Virus record (IMG/VR): IMGVR_UViG_3300025424_000009
Length of the DNA: 64,000 nucleotides
DNA from: a virus
Direction: 5' to 3' (one strand)
Positions 8,280-19,365 of the stretch are shown one piece after another. Both the position numbers and the translations under genes were made by a program. Numbering within the stretch: the first letter of the stretch is position 1; each line of letters begins with the position of its first letter. Below the pieces are notes generated by a model. It searched no databases and had not been told where the DNA came from. It saw only the letters and a list, made by a program, of their open reading frames with translations.

Positions 8280-9225
8280 AAAGAAAAAGGCTCCACATCC
8301 TATTCTGGAGGAGATTAAAAGTAAGATAATACCTAAAGTACAGGGCACCAGGAATATTTCCTATAGCCAATTTGCCACATATTTAGAATGCCCACACCAG
8401 TTTTACCTTAAATACGGTTTATCTAATTATCCGTTTAGTAGTTCTATACACTCAGTGTTTGGTACAGCTTTACATGAAACAATTCAAGAGTATTTAAACC
8501 TACTATACAATTCTACAATAAAAGCTTCTGATGAATTTCAGTACGATGTATTCTTACAAGAAAGATTATTATCCATTTACCAATCAGAGGTAACTGCTAA
8601 TGAAGGAAAACATTTCTCCACTAGAAAAGAATTGGAAGAGTTCTACGAAGATGGCTGTAACATAATGTGGTATATCAGAAAAGAACGTAAGAAGCTTTTT
8701 GACACTAAGTACGAGATATTACTAGCAAATGAGTTACTACTCAATATACCTGTTATAGAGGGTAATGAGACTATAAGGTTTACAGGATTTCTAGATACAA
8801 TTATCTTTGATACCTTTAACAACAAAGTAAAGATCTTAGACTGGAAGACTTCTACATCAGGTTGGTCTAAGTGGCAAATATCTGATGATAAGAAGTTAGC
8901 ACAGCTTAGGTTGTATAAACATTACTTCTCTAAGCAATACGGTATTCCATTCGAGGATATTACCTGTGAATTTAAGGTCCTTAAAAGAAAGGTAAACACC
9001 TTCGAGTTCGAGGGGTATAACATGGAGACTCCTAGACTTTCTACAGTTAAACCTTCCCAGGCAGCCATCACCGTTAAGAAAACAGTTATGCTTCTAGAAG
9101 AGTTTGTACAAGATTGCTTTGAACCAGACGGCAAAGTGAAGGAAGGTTATTATACTCAAGCTAATACAGACCACGCATGTAGGTTCTGCCCTTTTAACTC
9201 AAACAGTGAATTATGCTCCAGATGA
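8272..9225 (+). CDS. PD-(D/E)xK nuclease (RecB/Cas4-like exonuclease)
   Basis: ISYSQF..YLECPHQF, FGTALHE, FTGFLD...ILDWKT, QLRLY, C-terminal CRFCP. Confidence 0.88.
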   Translation: MSKKKKAPHPILEEIKSKIIPKVQGTRNISYSQFATYLECPHQFYLKYGLSNYPFSSSIHSVFGTALHETIQEYLNLLYNSTIKASDEFQYDVFLQERLLSIYQSEVTANEGKHFSTRKELEEFYEDGCNIMWYIRKERKKLFDTKYEILLANELLLNIPVIEGNETIRFTGFLDTIIFDTFNNKVKILDWKTSTSGWSKWQISDDKKLAQLRLYKHYFSKQYGIPFEDITCEFKVLKRKVNTFEFEGYNMETPRLSTVKPSQAAITVKKTVMLLEEFVQDCFEPDGKVKEGYYTQANTDHACRFCPFNSNSELCSR

Positions 9226-9497
9226 TACTAGTCTTTATATTTTTAGCTTTAGTTTTTAGTGGGTTATGTTTTGCAGGAGTGATAGTGTTCAAACCTAATG
9301 ACTGGTATCCTGTATGGGTTGATAATGGTTTCTATTATTGTAATAGTTTACGTAGGTCAACTTTTTGTGCTTATGAAATAAGATATTCTAAAAGTAGAGG
9401 AAAGTATAAATTAATAGTTAAAGGAAAAGATGCAATATCAAAACCTGCATATAAAGTAGCAGTGGCTGAACTAAATAAATTAATAAACAATGGCTAG
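9213..9497 (+). CDS. Small membrane-anchored hypothetical protein
   Basis: N-terminal hydrophobic stretch ILVFIFLALVFSGLCFAGVIVF. Confidence 0.6.
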   Translation: MLQMILVFIFLALVFSGLCFAGVIVFKPNDWYPVWVDNGFYYCNSLRRSTFCAYEIRYSKSRGKYKLIVKGKDAISKPAYKVAVAELNKLINNG

Positions 9498-9717
9498 ACA
9501 TAAGACATCATTTAAGTCAAACGAAGTAGACTTAAGACTTACAAGTGTAGAGGTTATACCTGAACTGCACGATGAATTCAAGAAGGAATGTATAAGTAAT
9601 CCTATCCTAAGCTCTAAAAAATTATTCAATAGAGCTATGTACCTGTACATGAATGATACCACCTTCAAAGATTATATACTCAGTTGTACAGATTTAGTTA
9701 CAAAAGGTAACCTATAA
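9490..9717 (+). CDS. Small protein, possibly RHH-like DNA-binding
   Basis: LTSVEV strand followed by two helices (LHDEFKKEC / KKLFNRAMYLY). Confidence 0.5.
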   Translation: MARHKTSFKSNEVDLRLTSVEVIPELHDEFKKECISNPILSSKKLFNRAMYLYMNDTTFKDYILSCTDLVTKGNL

Positions 9718-9722
9718 TTAGT

Positions 9723-9754
9723 TTTGGAAGTTTCACACTAAACATTTACCTTCG
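9723..9754 (+). promoter_or_regulatory. Bacteroidota-type promoter
   Basis: TTTG-N20-TACCTTCG (one mismatch to TAnnTTTG). Confidence 0.55.
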
Positions 9755-9770
9755 CTTAAAATATTATTTA

Positions 9771-11228
9771 ATGTATAAATACATCCCCAAAGAACAACGT
9801 AAAAAGCTTTTGTTTATTTCAGATACCATCACAGGTGTATCTGGAGTAGCAAATGTATCCAAAGACCTTATTGCCTATACAGCACACCACTTTAATTACA
9901 TCAGTATAGGTGTATCCCTCAATAAAGATTCAAAAGGAAAAACTTTTGATTTATCGCAAGCCATCAATAGTGAGATTGGCATTACTGACTCACAGGTAAC
10001 AAGTGTAGAGTGGGATAGATATGCAGACCCAGAATTCATTCGTCAAGTACTTATGGCAGAAAAGCCAGATGCACTTGTATTCATTACGGACCCTAGACAA
10101 TACATAGACTTATTCGCTATGGAGTATGACATCCGTACTGGAGCTATTAATGGAAAACCTTGTCCAATGATTTATATCCAGGTGTGGGATAACCTTCCTC
10201 AACCTAACTATAACTCAAATTTCTATAAGTCTGTAGATATGTCTTTGTGCATTAATAAGCAGACTGTACTGATTAATGAAATGATTTTAAAAGAAGATAA
10301 GTTAAAACCTATTATAAAGTACTTTCCCCATGGAGTAAATGTAGATAAGTTTAAACCTATCTCAAAAGATGATGAAAGTATCCTAGCTTTAAAGGAACGT
10401 TTATTAGGTACATCAGATACTAATCTAGTTGTATTCTTTAACTCACGTAACATCAGACGTAAGTGTGTAAGTGATTTAATCATGGCCTTTAAAGGGTTGT
10501 TAAGAGTACTATCTGAGAATCAAGCTAAAAAGGTATTCTTAGTACTACACACCCATCCTACTGATGAGAATGGTACTGATTTACCAAAAGTAGTTAAAGC
10601 TTTATTAGGGAGTCAATCTAATCAAGTAGTATTTGATACTGAGATATGCTCTCCTGAACACATGAACCTAAGATATAACATGGCAGATATTACGTGTTTA
10701 ATATCCAATGCAGAAGGGTTCGGGTTGAGTGGCTTAGAGTCATTAGCAGCAGGTACACCTGTCATTGTGAATGTAACAGGAGGTATGCAAGACTATTGTA
10801 GATTTGAAGATGAGAATGGTTATTGGTTCACACCTAATGAGCAAGTATGGTCTAACCACAATAAGACCTACACTAAACATGGAGAATGGGCTTTTCCCGT
10901 CTACCCTAGCGTCAATACTATCATAGGCTCTATTGCTACCCCATACATCTTTGAAGATGTAGCTTCATTTAGGGACATCACAGATAGACTAATTGAGGTG
11001 TACGAAATGAATAAGCATGACTTGCAAGATAGGGGATTAAAAGGACGTGAGTGGATTATGAGTGAAGAGGCTAAAATGAGTTTAGATTTCATGACTGAGA
11101 GCTTTATAAGTTCAGTAGATAATTTACTAGAGATATTTGAACCTCGTAAAGCTTACTCAATAGATAAAGTAAACACCCCTAAGAAGAACATCGAAATAGA
11201 ATTTCCTGACTATATATTTCAAGAATGA
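9771..11228 (+). CDS. GT-B glycosyltransferase (GT4-like)
   Basis: FISD..TGVSGVA, PHGVN...F, FNSRNIRRK, NAEGFGLSGLESLAAGTPVI. Confidence 0.9.
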   Translation: MYKYIPKEQRKKLLFISDTITGVSGVANVSKDLIAYTAHHFNYISIGVSLNKDSKGKTFDLSQAINSEIGITDSQVTSVEWDRYADPEFIRQVLMAEKPDALVFITDPRQYIDLFAMEYDIRTGAINGKPCPMIYIQVWDNLPQPNYNSNFYKSVDMSLCINKQTVLINEMILKEDKLKPIIKYFPHGVNVDKFKPISKDDESILALKERLLGTSDTNLVVFFNSRNIRRKCVSDLIMAFKGLLRVLSENQAKKVFLVLHTHPTDENGTDLPKVVKALLGSQSNQVVFDTEICSPEHMNLRYNMADITCLISNAEGFGLSGLESLAAGTPVIVNVTGGMQDYCRFEDENGYWFTPNEQVWSNHNKTYTKHGEWAFPVYPSVNTIIGSIATPYIFEDVASFRDITDRLIEVYEMNKHDLQDRGLKGREWIMSEEAKMSLDFMTESFISSVDNLLEIFEPRKAYSIDKVNTPKKNIEIEFPDYIFQE

Positions 11229-12031
11229 TATTCAATAATACAAACAATTCGCAGATACCGCAAAAGGTAAAAGATAGAATACCTCCCAAGCTTTGGTATA
11301 AATACTTTTATGAAAAGCCAGTTGAACTCAGGTGGGAAGGTATACAGTTACCAAAAATAAATAAGTTTTTTCCTAATATAACAGCAGATCAAATAATAAA
11401 AGAACATGACATTTCAATTAAGTGAATCAGAAGTTAAGAAATTCCAAGAGAAAAATGCACAGTAATATGACAGATGATAACTTAATACGTAAATGGAGAG
11501 CTACAGGGTTATTAGAAATACCTAAAGTTATAGCATTAGAGTTAGCAAGAGTCTTTGAATTACTTTCAAAAAAGTACCTGATAAGTAGACAGAATACAAG
11601 TAATGAAGAATTTAGAAATCAATATCTAATATTCCCACTATATGCAAAGATGTACTATGAAGGTAAGAAAGTAAATAATATAGACAAGTTTATAAGAGCA
11701 GTTGATAATTCTAGCATAGATGAAGATAACCCTGAATCAGTAGATAAATTTATTAAAGAATATAAAGAGTAATGATATGAAACAAAAATTTAAACTAGTA
11801 GGCTTATCAAAAGAAAAGTCACTAACGTGTAAAACACTAACTACAGAAGATTTCTTCTGGCCTACCAACAACCTAACTCAAGCTGAGTTTGATTCTCTAT
11901 ACGAGTACTTCTCATCAAGTAAAGATAGCTGGGAGAAAGAAAGATTTGTATGGGTGACGTGTGATGGTTTATATGAAGATGGAACACCTATACATCCGGT
12001 AGCAGAATCATTAACAGACATTGAATTATAA
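11225..12031 (+). other. Three small hypothetical CDSs (11225-11425, 11422-11772, 11777-12031)
   Basis: Coupled ORFs; 11422-11772 contains KWRATGLLE (see findings). Confidence 0.65.
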
Positions 12032-12052
12032 AAGGTTAAATTAGATATTAGA

Positions 12053-12721
12053 ATGGTAGAATTAGTAGATTATTTCGGTAGTGATTTAATGGTGGTTAAC
12101 GCAGCTCGTTGTAGTTACAATAAGGTAAAAGAAGTGCTAGATGAAAAAGATTCTAAGCTTATAGTGTTTTTAAAAGAGCATAAACACATAGCACCGTTTA
12201 GACATCCTCAATTGCAATTTAGAGTCACTTGTCCTATATATGTAGAGAGGCAATTAAGAAAGCATGAGATAGGTACAGAGCTGGGATTGCCTCCTGAACC
12301 TAATTCATCTATTAATAGTATTAGCGGTAGGTATGTGGACTTCAGTGATAGTTATACTACCATAAAAGAATGGAGAAAACAATCTAAGTCAAGTAAACAA
12401 GGTAGTGAAGGGTTAATAGATAATCCAGAACAAGCAAGTTTTATAGAGAATAATATAATAGGGTTGTGTAAAACTGCTTACCAAGAGCTAATTAAGCTGG
12501 GTGTATCAAAAGAACAAGCAAGAACAATACTACCTTTAAATCTTAATACAACTTTTATTTGGACAGGAAGTTTACTTTCTTTTTTACATTTATTTGAATT
12601 AAGATTAAAGCCTGATGCTCAAGCTGAAACTAGAGAAGTTGTTGCTGAGATGTTGAACTGTATTCTAAACATAGAAGGAAATCCTTTTGAGCATACTTTA
12701 AAAGCATTTAATCTTAACTAA
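12053..12721 (+). CDS. thyX: FAD-dependent thymidylate synthase
   Basis: VVNAARCSY, HIAPFRH, PIYVERQL, SISGRY, EQARTILP, RLKPDAQAE. Confidence 0.93.
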   Translation: MVELVDYFGSDLMVVNAARCSYNKVKEVLDEKDSKLIVFLKEHKHIAPFRHPQLQFRVTCPIYVERQLRKHEIGTELGLPPEPNSSINSISGRYVDFSDSYTTIKEWRKQSKSSKQGSEGLIDNPEQASFIENNIIGLCKTAYQELIKLGVSKEQARTILPLNLNTTFIWTGSLLSFLHLFELRLKPDAQAETREVVAEMLNCILNIEGNPFEHTLKAFNLN

Positions 12722-12723
12722 TT

Positions 12724-15085
12724 ATGAATAAACAAGCAACCTACCTTAACCGGTATCGAAACAAGATAGTATTTACCCAAGAAGGTGATACTGTAGTTAT
12801 GACAGGATATAACCCAGAGTGGCTGGGATGTTCATATGAGAATGATTATGATACACCTTATCAAGCTTTAGAGTTTGATATGTTTCAACGTCTTAAAAAC
12901 GATGATGGGTTAGACACTATATCAGAATTTATTTTTAAAGGGTTATTTAAATTTTCAGGTTTAAATGAAAAAGATATTCCTCAATACAAAATAGCACCTA
13001 AAGAAGAATTCATCAAGTACCTCTTCGAGTACGACTCTGAATTAAAAGAATATAAGTGTCCTCAAAAGTACAGAGACCTTTGTAAGAGTACAGATATCAT
13101 TCATAGTGTAGATCCTTCAGGAGGACCTTACATCGCTGTAGGATTTGACTTAAATGAATTCTTCAATGATGGAATTGAACGTGAAATAAAAAGTATACAA
13201 ATACAACCTAATCAAATAACATTTAAATTATGAGTTTAAAAGCATACGATGGTATGATGACCAAAGAAGGTTTTCCATACCTACAAGAAAAGATTAAAGA
13301 AAATATATCTAAATTTAAAGAAGCATCTTTAAGAAAATTAGGTAAAACTTATGCAGGAATTATACAAAAACATGTTGATAAAGAATTGTCAATATTAACA
13401 TATTCTAGAGTTTTTAGTTTAACAAAAAGTGAGGATGAAGAAATAAAGAATATTGAAATTAATGATGATACTTTATTAATTTCATATTTATTCCAAGTAG
13501 GAAAAATTGCAGCAAAGTCAGAATACTTAAATTATTTCACAACTCATTTAACTATGACTATTGAACAAAAAGATGATATACTTTTATGTTATCCTGGTAT
13601 AAATGTACCTGAACATAAAGATATTCTCTTAACATTTTTAACTGATTGGTACGCACAAAATCAAACAGACCCTGATAAAAATGTCCCAGAAGATGAGTGG
13701 GAGAAACGTTGTAAAGATTGGGATGATTTTAACGAAACAAGAGGATTGCAAATTGTTGTTAAATTATTTGACCCTAGTCATTATTGGAATAATTTAATTG
13801 ATTTTGTTAGAGGTGAGGAATTATATGATTTAATCCTGCCTAACATAGAAAGTGATGATAAGAGGAGAAAAAACATTTGGTATTTAAATTTTATGGAAAT
13901 ACTAATGGAAAGAAATGTTAAAGAAGAGGGGTTTGCAAAATATTTAAGGTCAAGAGAATACTTGAATACAGAAGAAGGAAAATTGGAATATGAAAAATAT
14001 AAGCAGGATAATCCAATTGAATTAACACCAATTACTACTGAGTTATTAAAAACACTAAAAGTTAAATAATATGAATAACTATTATCTATCATTAATACCT
14101 ATCCTGCCCTATTCACTAGGAGGTATTGCAGATGCAATAATGGATACATGTTCAGATCACTTCAGTGTAAGTATATTCAAGAATCTTAATCCTAACTATT
14201 GGAATAAGAACATAAGCTGGACTAATAAGTATATAGACAACGATGTTAAGAAAGGTTTAAAGAAATGGTGGATATTTAATAAACCAGTAGCACTTACAGA
14301 TGCCTGGCATTTATTTAAAAGTATTAAAGAGATACTAAATACTCTCGCTATCACTAGTGCAATACTTATACCCTTTACATTTGAGTTCTGGTATATACCT
14401 CTATACTTCATCTTAGTAGGTTTATCAAGAGACTTAGTATTTGATATATTTTATAATTACCTTTTAAAAAGTAAATAACATGAAAGGAACAATAGTTAAA
14501 TCCTCTACAGGATTATCAGTAGCGTATATCGGCAAAACGTTAGGTACCACAGCCGGAATTGCAACCATTAGTATTAATCCTGCTCAACAGGATGAGTACA
14601 GAAACAGAGTAGGAGAATCAGTTAATTTTGAAGGTATAGAATTTATTGAGCCTGATATTCAAAAAACTACTATCTTCGCAAAAATTAAATAATGAAAGAG
14701 AAGTTAGATAATCAAGATGTGTATAAAGTTGCTGAAAAATTATATAAGCACATTAACCCTACAAGTAGAATGGAAACACCTAATAGTGTTTATATGACTG
14801 TAGGTAAATGGTATGCAGAATATTCTAATAAAGATGTAAATATATCATTTTACGATTGGTGTATTATAAATAAACAGCCTAAGTAGTATGAAACAGTTAT
14901 TAACAACGCTATCTGTAAGGTGGTTATCAAATCAACTCAGAAAAGATGAAGGTCTCTACTTATCTTGGAAATCAGCTATAGCTATGTCGTTTCAAGATAA
15001 TTATCATCAAGCTAAAGATAAAAAAGACATATATAAAATAGCAAATGAAAGTGCTGATTATTTTCTTCAATTATTAATTCAATAA
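12724..15085 (+). other. Cluster of hypothetical CDSs (12724-13233, 13230-14069, 14071-14478 membrane protein, 14480-14692, 14692-14886, 14888-15085)
   Basis: Contiguous coupled ORFs; 14071-14478 has hydrophobic segments. Confidence 0.7.
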
Positions 15086-15091
15086 GCATAT

Positions 15092-15706
15092 ATGAGTAAA
15101 GCAAGGGTAGTATCTGCATTTCCAGGTACGGGTAAAAGTTTTTTATTTGACAATAATTTGAATCTACGTATATTAGATTCTGATAGTAGTCAATTTAGTT
15201 GGGTTGTGAAGGAAGATGGTACTAAGGAACGTAATCCTGAATTCCCTACAAATTATATAAATAGGCTTCTTGATTGTATTAAAGATTATGATTTAATATT
15301 AGTCAGTAGCCACAAAGAGGTGAGAGATGCTCTCATAGATAACCTAATACCTTTTGATTTAGTATACCCATCTAAAAATCTAAAAGAAGAGTACTTAGAG
15401 AGGTATAGGCAAAGGAGAAGTGGAGAGAAGTTTATACAGTTAATATCAGATAACTGGGATGCATGGATTGATGAACTATCTGGTATTGAAAGTAAGCTAG
15501 TGTCACACATACAGTTTACTGATGAAGATTGTTTTATTTCTGATTTAGTTTATACAAAAGAATCTATTAGCTTTACTATACATCTTACACCTAATAGAGT
15601 AATAAATTATAAAGATATAATCCAAGCTAAGGCAGACTTTAAATCTAGACTAGAAGGGTATAATACACCTGCATTAGATTTCATAAAAGAATTATCAATT
15701 AAATAA
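15092..15706 (+). CDS. P-loop NTPase, nucleotide-kinase-like
   Basis: VSAFPGTGKS Walker A, LDSDSS. Confidence 0.75.
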   Translation: MSKARVVSAFPGTGKSFLFDNNLNLRILDSDSSQFSWVVKEDGTKERNPEFPTNYINRLLDCIKDYDLILVSSHKEVRDALIDNLIPFDLVYPSKNLKEEYLERYRQRRSGEKFIQLISDNWDAWIDELSGIESKLVSHIQFTDEDCFISDLVYTKESISFTIHLTPNRVINYKDIIQAKADFKSRLEGYNTPALDFIKELSIK

Positions 15707-15712
15707 ACATAA

Positions 15713-17029
15713 ATGAACAAAGTAAAAATCATATGTTGGCTACCCTATGCCAGCCTAAGTGGGTATGGATTACGATCATACGACTTGTTAAGGTCAATAA
15801 TACAGTTAAAAGAAGATGAATGGGATATAAAGATAGTATCACTATCATTTGGCAGATCCCCTCAAAGAGAATTAGATTTATCAGACCCTATTAACAAGAA
15901 GATAATTGATTGGACTATTCCTAGAGAACAAGCGGCACAACAATCTAATAATGACATAGCTATATTTTGTACTGTTCCTTCGGAGCTAAAAGGAGTTAGA
16001 ATAGGAAAATTTCAGATGCTTTTTACAGCCTCGATAGAAAGCACTCTATGCTCATCTGATTTTATCGAAGGTTGTAACAATATAGACCTAACTATATGTA
16101 GTTCCAACCATGGTATGAAGGTTATTAAAAGTACTGTATATGATCGAAGAGATCCACAAGGTAATGTAATAGGTCAACTTAAATTAGATAAGCCGATTGA
16201 GGTTTTATTTGAAGCTGTTAACACTGCTGTCTATGATAGAAAGAATACACAATCATTTGATTTAGATATACCTGAAAAGAATGCATTCCTCATTAACGGT
16301 ATGTGGTTACCAGGTTCATTTACTAATCCATACGGACATGACCGTAAGCATATAGCAACTACCATCAAATGTTTTCTAGAAACATTCAAGAACACAAAGG
16401 ATAAGCCGGCTTTGATACTTAAGGTTAATTCAGGCACCTACTCACACACAGACCGAGATTACTGCTTAAGTAGGATAGATGAAATACGTAGTACAGTATC
16501 TGGAGATTTACCTAACATATATTTAATACACGGTAATTTAACTGAAAGTGAACTAGTAGGTCTATACCAACACCCTAAAGTAAAAGCTCTCATCGCCATT
16601 GGAAACGAAGGCTGGGGTAGAAGTCTACCTGAATACCTCTGTGCTACAAGCAAACCTGTCATAACAACTATGTATGGAGGTCCTGCTGATTACATCAAAC
16701 CTGAATTTACGTTGACAGTAGGAGGTTCTTTACAGTCTGTACATAAGTCAACTGCTGACCAATTTCTTTTAGAGACTGCTCAGATATACTATCCTGATAT
16801 AAAGCAACTATCATCCTCAATGGTGGCAGTGTTAAATGATTACAAAAATATAGAGGAGAAGGCCAAAAGACAGGCTCATTATATAAGGAGTGAGTTCACT
16901 CAAGAGAAGATGACTGAGAAGCTAGATGAGATACTAAAGAAGTATGTACCTGAATTTCCTAAAGTAGTTCAGATTAAGCTTCCGAGTTTATCAGAAATTA
17001 AATTACCTAAAATACAAAAAGTAGATTAA
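15713..17029 (+). CDS. GT-B glycosyltransferase (GT4-like)
   Basis: SLSGYG...DL, DRK, NEGWGRSLPEY, GGPADYI. Confidence 0.85.
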   Translation: MNKVKIICWLPYASLSGYGLRSYDLLRSIIQLKEDEWDIKIVSLSFGRSPQRELDLSDPINKKIIDWTIPREQAAQQSNNDIAIFCTVPSELKGVRIGKFQMLFTASIESTLCSSDFIEGCNNIDLTICSSNHGMKVIKSTVYDRRDPQGNVIGQLKLDKPIEVLFEAVNTAVYDRKNTQSFDLDIPEKNAFLINGMWLPGSFTNPYGHDRKHIATTIKCFLETFKNTKDKPALILKVNSGTYSHTDRDYCLSRIDEIRSTVSGDLPNIYLIHGNLTESELVGLYQHPKVKALIAIGNEGWGRSLPEYLCATSKPVITTMYGGPADYIKPEFTLTVGGSLQSVHKSTADQFLLETAQIYYPDIKQLSSSMVAVLNDYKNIEEKAKRQAHYIRSEFTQEKMTEKLDEILKKYVPEFPKVVQIKLPSLSEIKLPKIQKVD

Positions 17030-17030
17030 T

Positions 17031-17810
17031 ATGTTGACAATAGATGAGATACGAGAGCAGTATCCTGGAATAGCTATTTGGTCTGATAGGTGTATTGAAA
17101 CTGTGTATGAAAATATACTTGAAGGTTGCTTAGAACCTATTACTGAATATTTATCTACTATAAATGCAGACAAAACTGTTAACACACTTGATAATGATAA
17201 AGTTCCAAGTGTAAATAGAATCAGCCTAAATAAAAATAAGGATACTATTCTCATCTCATTTTCTCATTTAGTACAATCAGACTTAGATAGAATTAATCAT
17301 AAGATGGAAAGCTTTGGATGGCTTCCTTCAGGTGTAGCTTGCAGTAAAAAGAAAGGTAAATATTCTAGTGTTATACAGTCTATATTATATGATAAGACAA
17401 TAACTGGGAATATTGTAATATCCTATGAAGCAAAATATGACAGAGAGGTTGTAATAGATAGGGGGAGTTTATATCATATATGCCCTGATATAGTATATGA
17501 AAAAATTAAGCTAGTAGGCCTTACACCTAAAAGTCAAGGTAAGTTAGTAGATCATCCAAGCAGAGTTTATCTTATAAAGAAAACTTTACCTGTAGATGAA
17601 AACACTTTTAATAGTATGGCAATAGCTTTGTATTTAAATTATGCAAATAAAGATAGAGTTAAACAAATGTACGTACTTAAGATAGATGTAGATAAGGTAA
17701 AGGATTTTAAATTCTTTGAAGACCCTAACTACAAAGAAGGCAGTGGTGTGTATACCTATCAAAACATACCTCCATATGCAATTTCTTTGAAATATAAAAT
17801 TGATGTTTAA
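17031..17810 (+). CDS. Hypothetical protein with a possible C-terminal ADP-ribosyltransferase/Tpt1-like domain
   Basis: LYHIC....KI...GLTPKS...RVYL and a later YTYQNIPP segment resemble ART-fold motifs; by-eye call. Confidence 0.4.
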   Translation: MLTIDEIREQYPGIAIWSDRCIETVYENILEGCLEPITEYLSTINADKTVNTLDNDKVPSVNRISLNKNKDTILISFSHLVQSDLDRINHKMESFGWLPSGVACSKKKGKYSSVIQSILYDKTITGNIVISYEAKYDREVVIDRGSLYHICPDIVYEKIKLVGLTPKSQGKLVDHPSRVYLIKKTLPVDENTFNSMAIALYLNYANKDRVKQMYVLKIDVDKVKDFKFFEDPNYKEGSGVYTYQNIPPYAISLKYKIDV

Positions 17811-17842
17811 TTTGTTATTTTCAATAAATACAATTACTTTTA
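17811..17842 (+). promoter_or_regulatory. Bacteroidota-type promoter
   Basis: TTTG-N20-TACTTTTA. Confidence 0.45.
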
Positions 17843-17858
17843 CAAAAAATAGATTAAC

Positions 17859-18338
17859 ATGAATGATAATTTAATCCAGTGTAAGCACTGTGGCTCTTCA
17901 TTAGCATATGAAGAAATAAAAGATGGAGTATCCTACGAGGTACAATGTGTTAGTTGTGGGTTCTTTACCAACAACAGTTTACTAGAGGGTACCGAGGAGT
18001 TAAAAGTATACCTAGAAAGTATCCCTACAATCTATGCAGAGTTGAAATTCATAGATGAAGATGGATTATGTTGGATACCTATGTACAAAGATATATACGG
18101 TAAAGGTGTGATTGCCATTAACGGAATATCCAAAGATAGATACATGTGGTCATTCATACCTTATGTACCTCTTTTAGACACAGATGCTGATAAGGATATG
18201 TGGATAAATTCAGATGGTACATACCCAGAGTGGAAGCTTGACTTCACTAAGCAAGAGCACTTTAGTAAGCATGATTTCTTATTAGCCTTGCACAAGCTGG
18301 GATTCTTCAATGAACTTCAAACTATTACAAATGATTAG
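17859..18338 (+). CDS. Zn-ribbon hypothetical protein
   Basis: CKHC...CVSCG. Confidence 0.7.
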   Translation: MNDNLIQCKHCGSSLAYEEIKDGVSYEVQCVSCGFFTNNSLLEGTEELKVYLESIPTIYAELKFIDEDGLCWIPMYKDIYGKGVIAINGISKDRYMWSFIPYVPLLDTDADKDMWINSDGTYPEWKLDFTKQEHFSKHDFLLALHKLGFFNELQTITND

Positions 18339-18966
18339 TATATCATATATCATAGGGGCCCACAACGAGGGTCAATCTATCAAGACTTTGGTAGATACCA
18401 TTCTAAAAGAAAAAGATCCTAATGATGAGCTTATAATCGTAGATAATAACAGTGATGACATAAAGACTCTAGCTATATTGTCAGAGTATGACCAATATGT
18501 ACACACATATACAGAACCTATCAAGGATTTCTCTCACTACAAGAATTTTAAGAAGGCATTAGCTAAGGGTAACTTTATATTTGACCTAGACGGAGATGAG
18601 TTTCCTAACCCTATTCTCCTAAAGACCTTGAAAGAGATTATCCTCAACAATCATACAGTAGATGTATATGTAGTTCCGAGAGTCAATATAGTAGAAGGTA
18701 TTACTGATGAGTATGTAAAGCAGATGGGATGGAATAAGGATCAGGATGGGTTTATTAACTTTCCAGATGGGCAAGCACGTATTTACCGTAATACTCCTGA
18801 TATAAAATGGGTTAACAAAGTGCACGAAACTTTAACTGGCTATAAGGTAATTACCAGGCTTCCTTACCAGAATGAGACAGGCAAGAAGGTTACTGATTAC
18901 AGTATCCTACACCTAAAGACCTTCGAGAAGCAGAAACAACAAAATGAATTATATTCTAAAATTTAA
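18328..18966 (+). CDS. GT-A glycosyltransferase (GT2-like)
   Basis: ISYIIGAHNE, IIVDNNSDD, DFSHYKN, FDLDGDE, PDGQARI, VHE; start probably the ATG near 18328-18331 (ORF track gives 18310). Confidence 0.85.
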   Translation, partial: QMISISYIIGAHNEGQSIKTLVDTILKEKDPNDELIIVDNNSDDIKTLAILSEYDQYVHTYTEPIKDFSHYKNFKKALAKGNFIFDLDGDEFPNPILLKTLKEIILNNHTVDVYVVPRVNIVEGITDEYVKQMGWNKDQDGFINFPDGQARIYRNTPDIKWVNKVHETLTGYKVITRLPYQNETGKKVTDYSILHLKTFEKQKQQNELYSKI

Positions 18967-18969
18967 ATT

Positions 18970-19362
18970 ATGACATTAACAACGATATTTTCAATAATTA
19001 TAATCCACTTTTTGGGTGATTTCGTATTACAAACTGATAAACAAGCAAAGGGTAAAAGTAAAAATTGGTTAGATTTATTAGAACATACAGGTACGTATGT
19101 ATCAGTATTCGTTCTACCTATTTGTCTTTTACTAGGTAAAACCAATCCTTATGGAACCTGTGAATGGTACGTATTAAATACCCTTGCATTTGCAATTATT
19201 ACGTTTATGTTTCATACTGTAACAGATTATTTTACAAGTAGATTAAATAGTAAACTATGGCAAGAAGGTAAGACACATGAATTCTTTGTTAGTATAGGAT
19301 TTGATCAAATATTACATTATGTTCAATTATTCACAACATATTATTTACTTACTAAAATATAA
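18970..19362 (+). CDS. DUF3307-like membrane protein
   Basis: HFLGDFVLQT...K.K, LLEH, HTVTD, GFDQILH. Confidence 0.85.
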   Translation: MTLTTIFSIIIIHFLGDFVLQTDKQAKGKSKNWLDLLEHTGTYVSVFVLPICLLLGKTNPYGTCEWYVLNTLAFAIITFMFHTVTDYFTSRLNSKLWQEGKTHEFFVSIGFDQILHYVQLFTTYYLLTKI

Positions 19363-19365
19363 GGT

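Noticed and set aside
8272-9225. Cas4-like nuclease as evidence of a CRISPR system
   Set aside because: Solo PD-(D/E)xK nucleases are common phage recombination genes; no array or other cas genes
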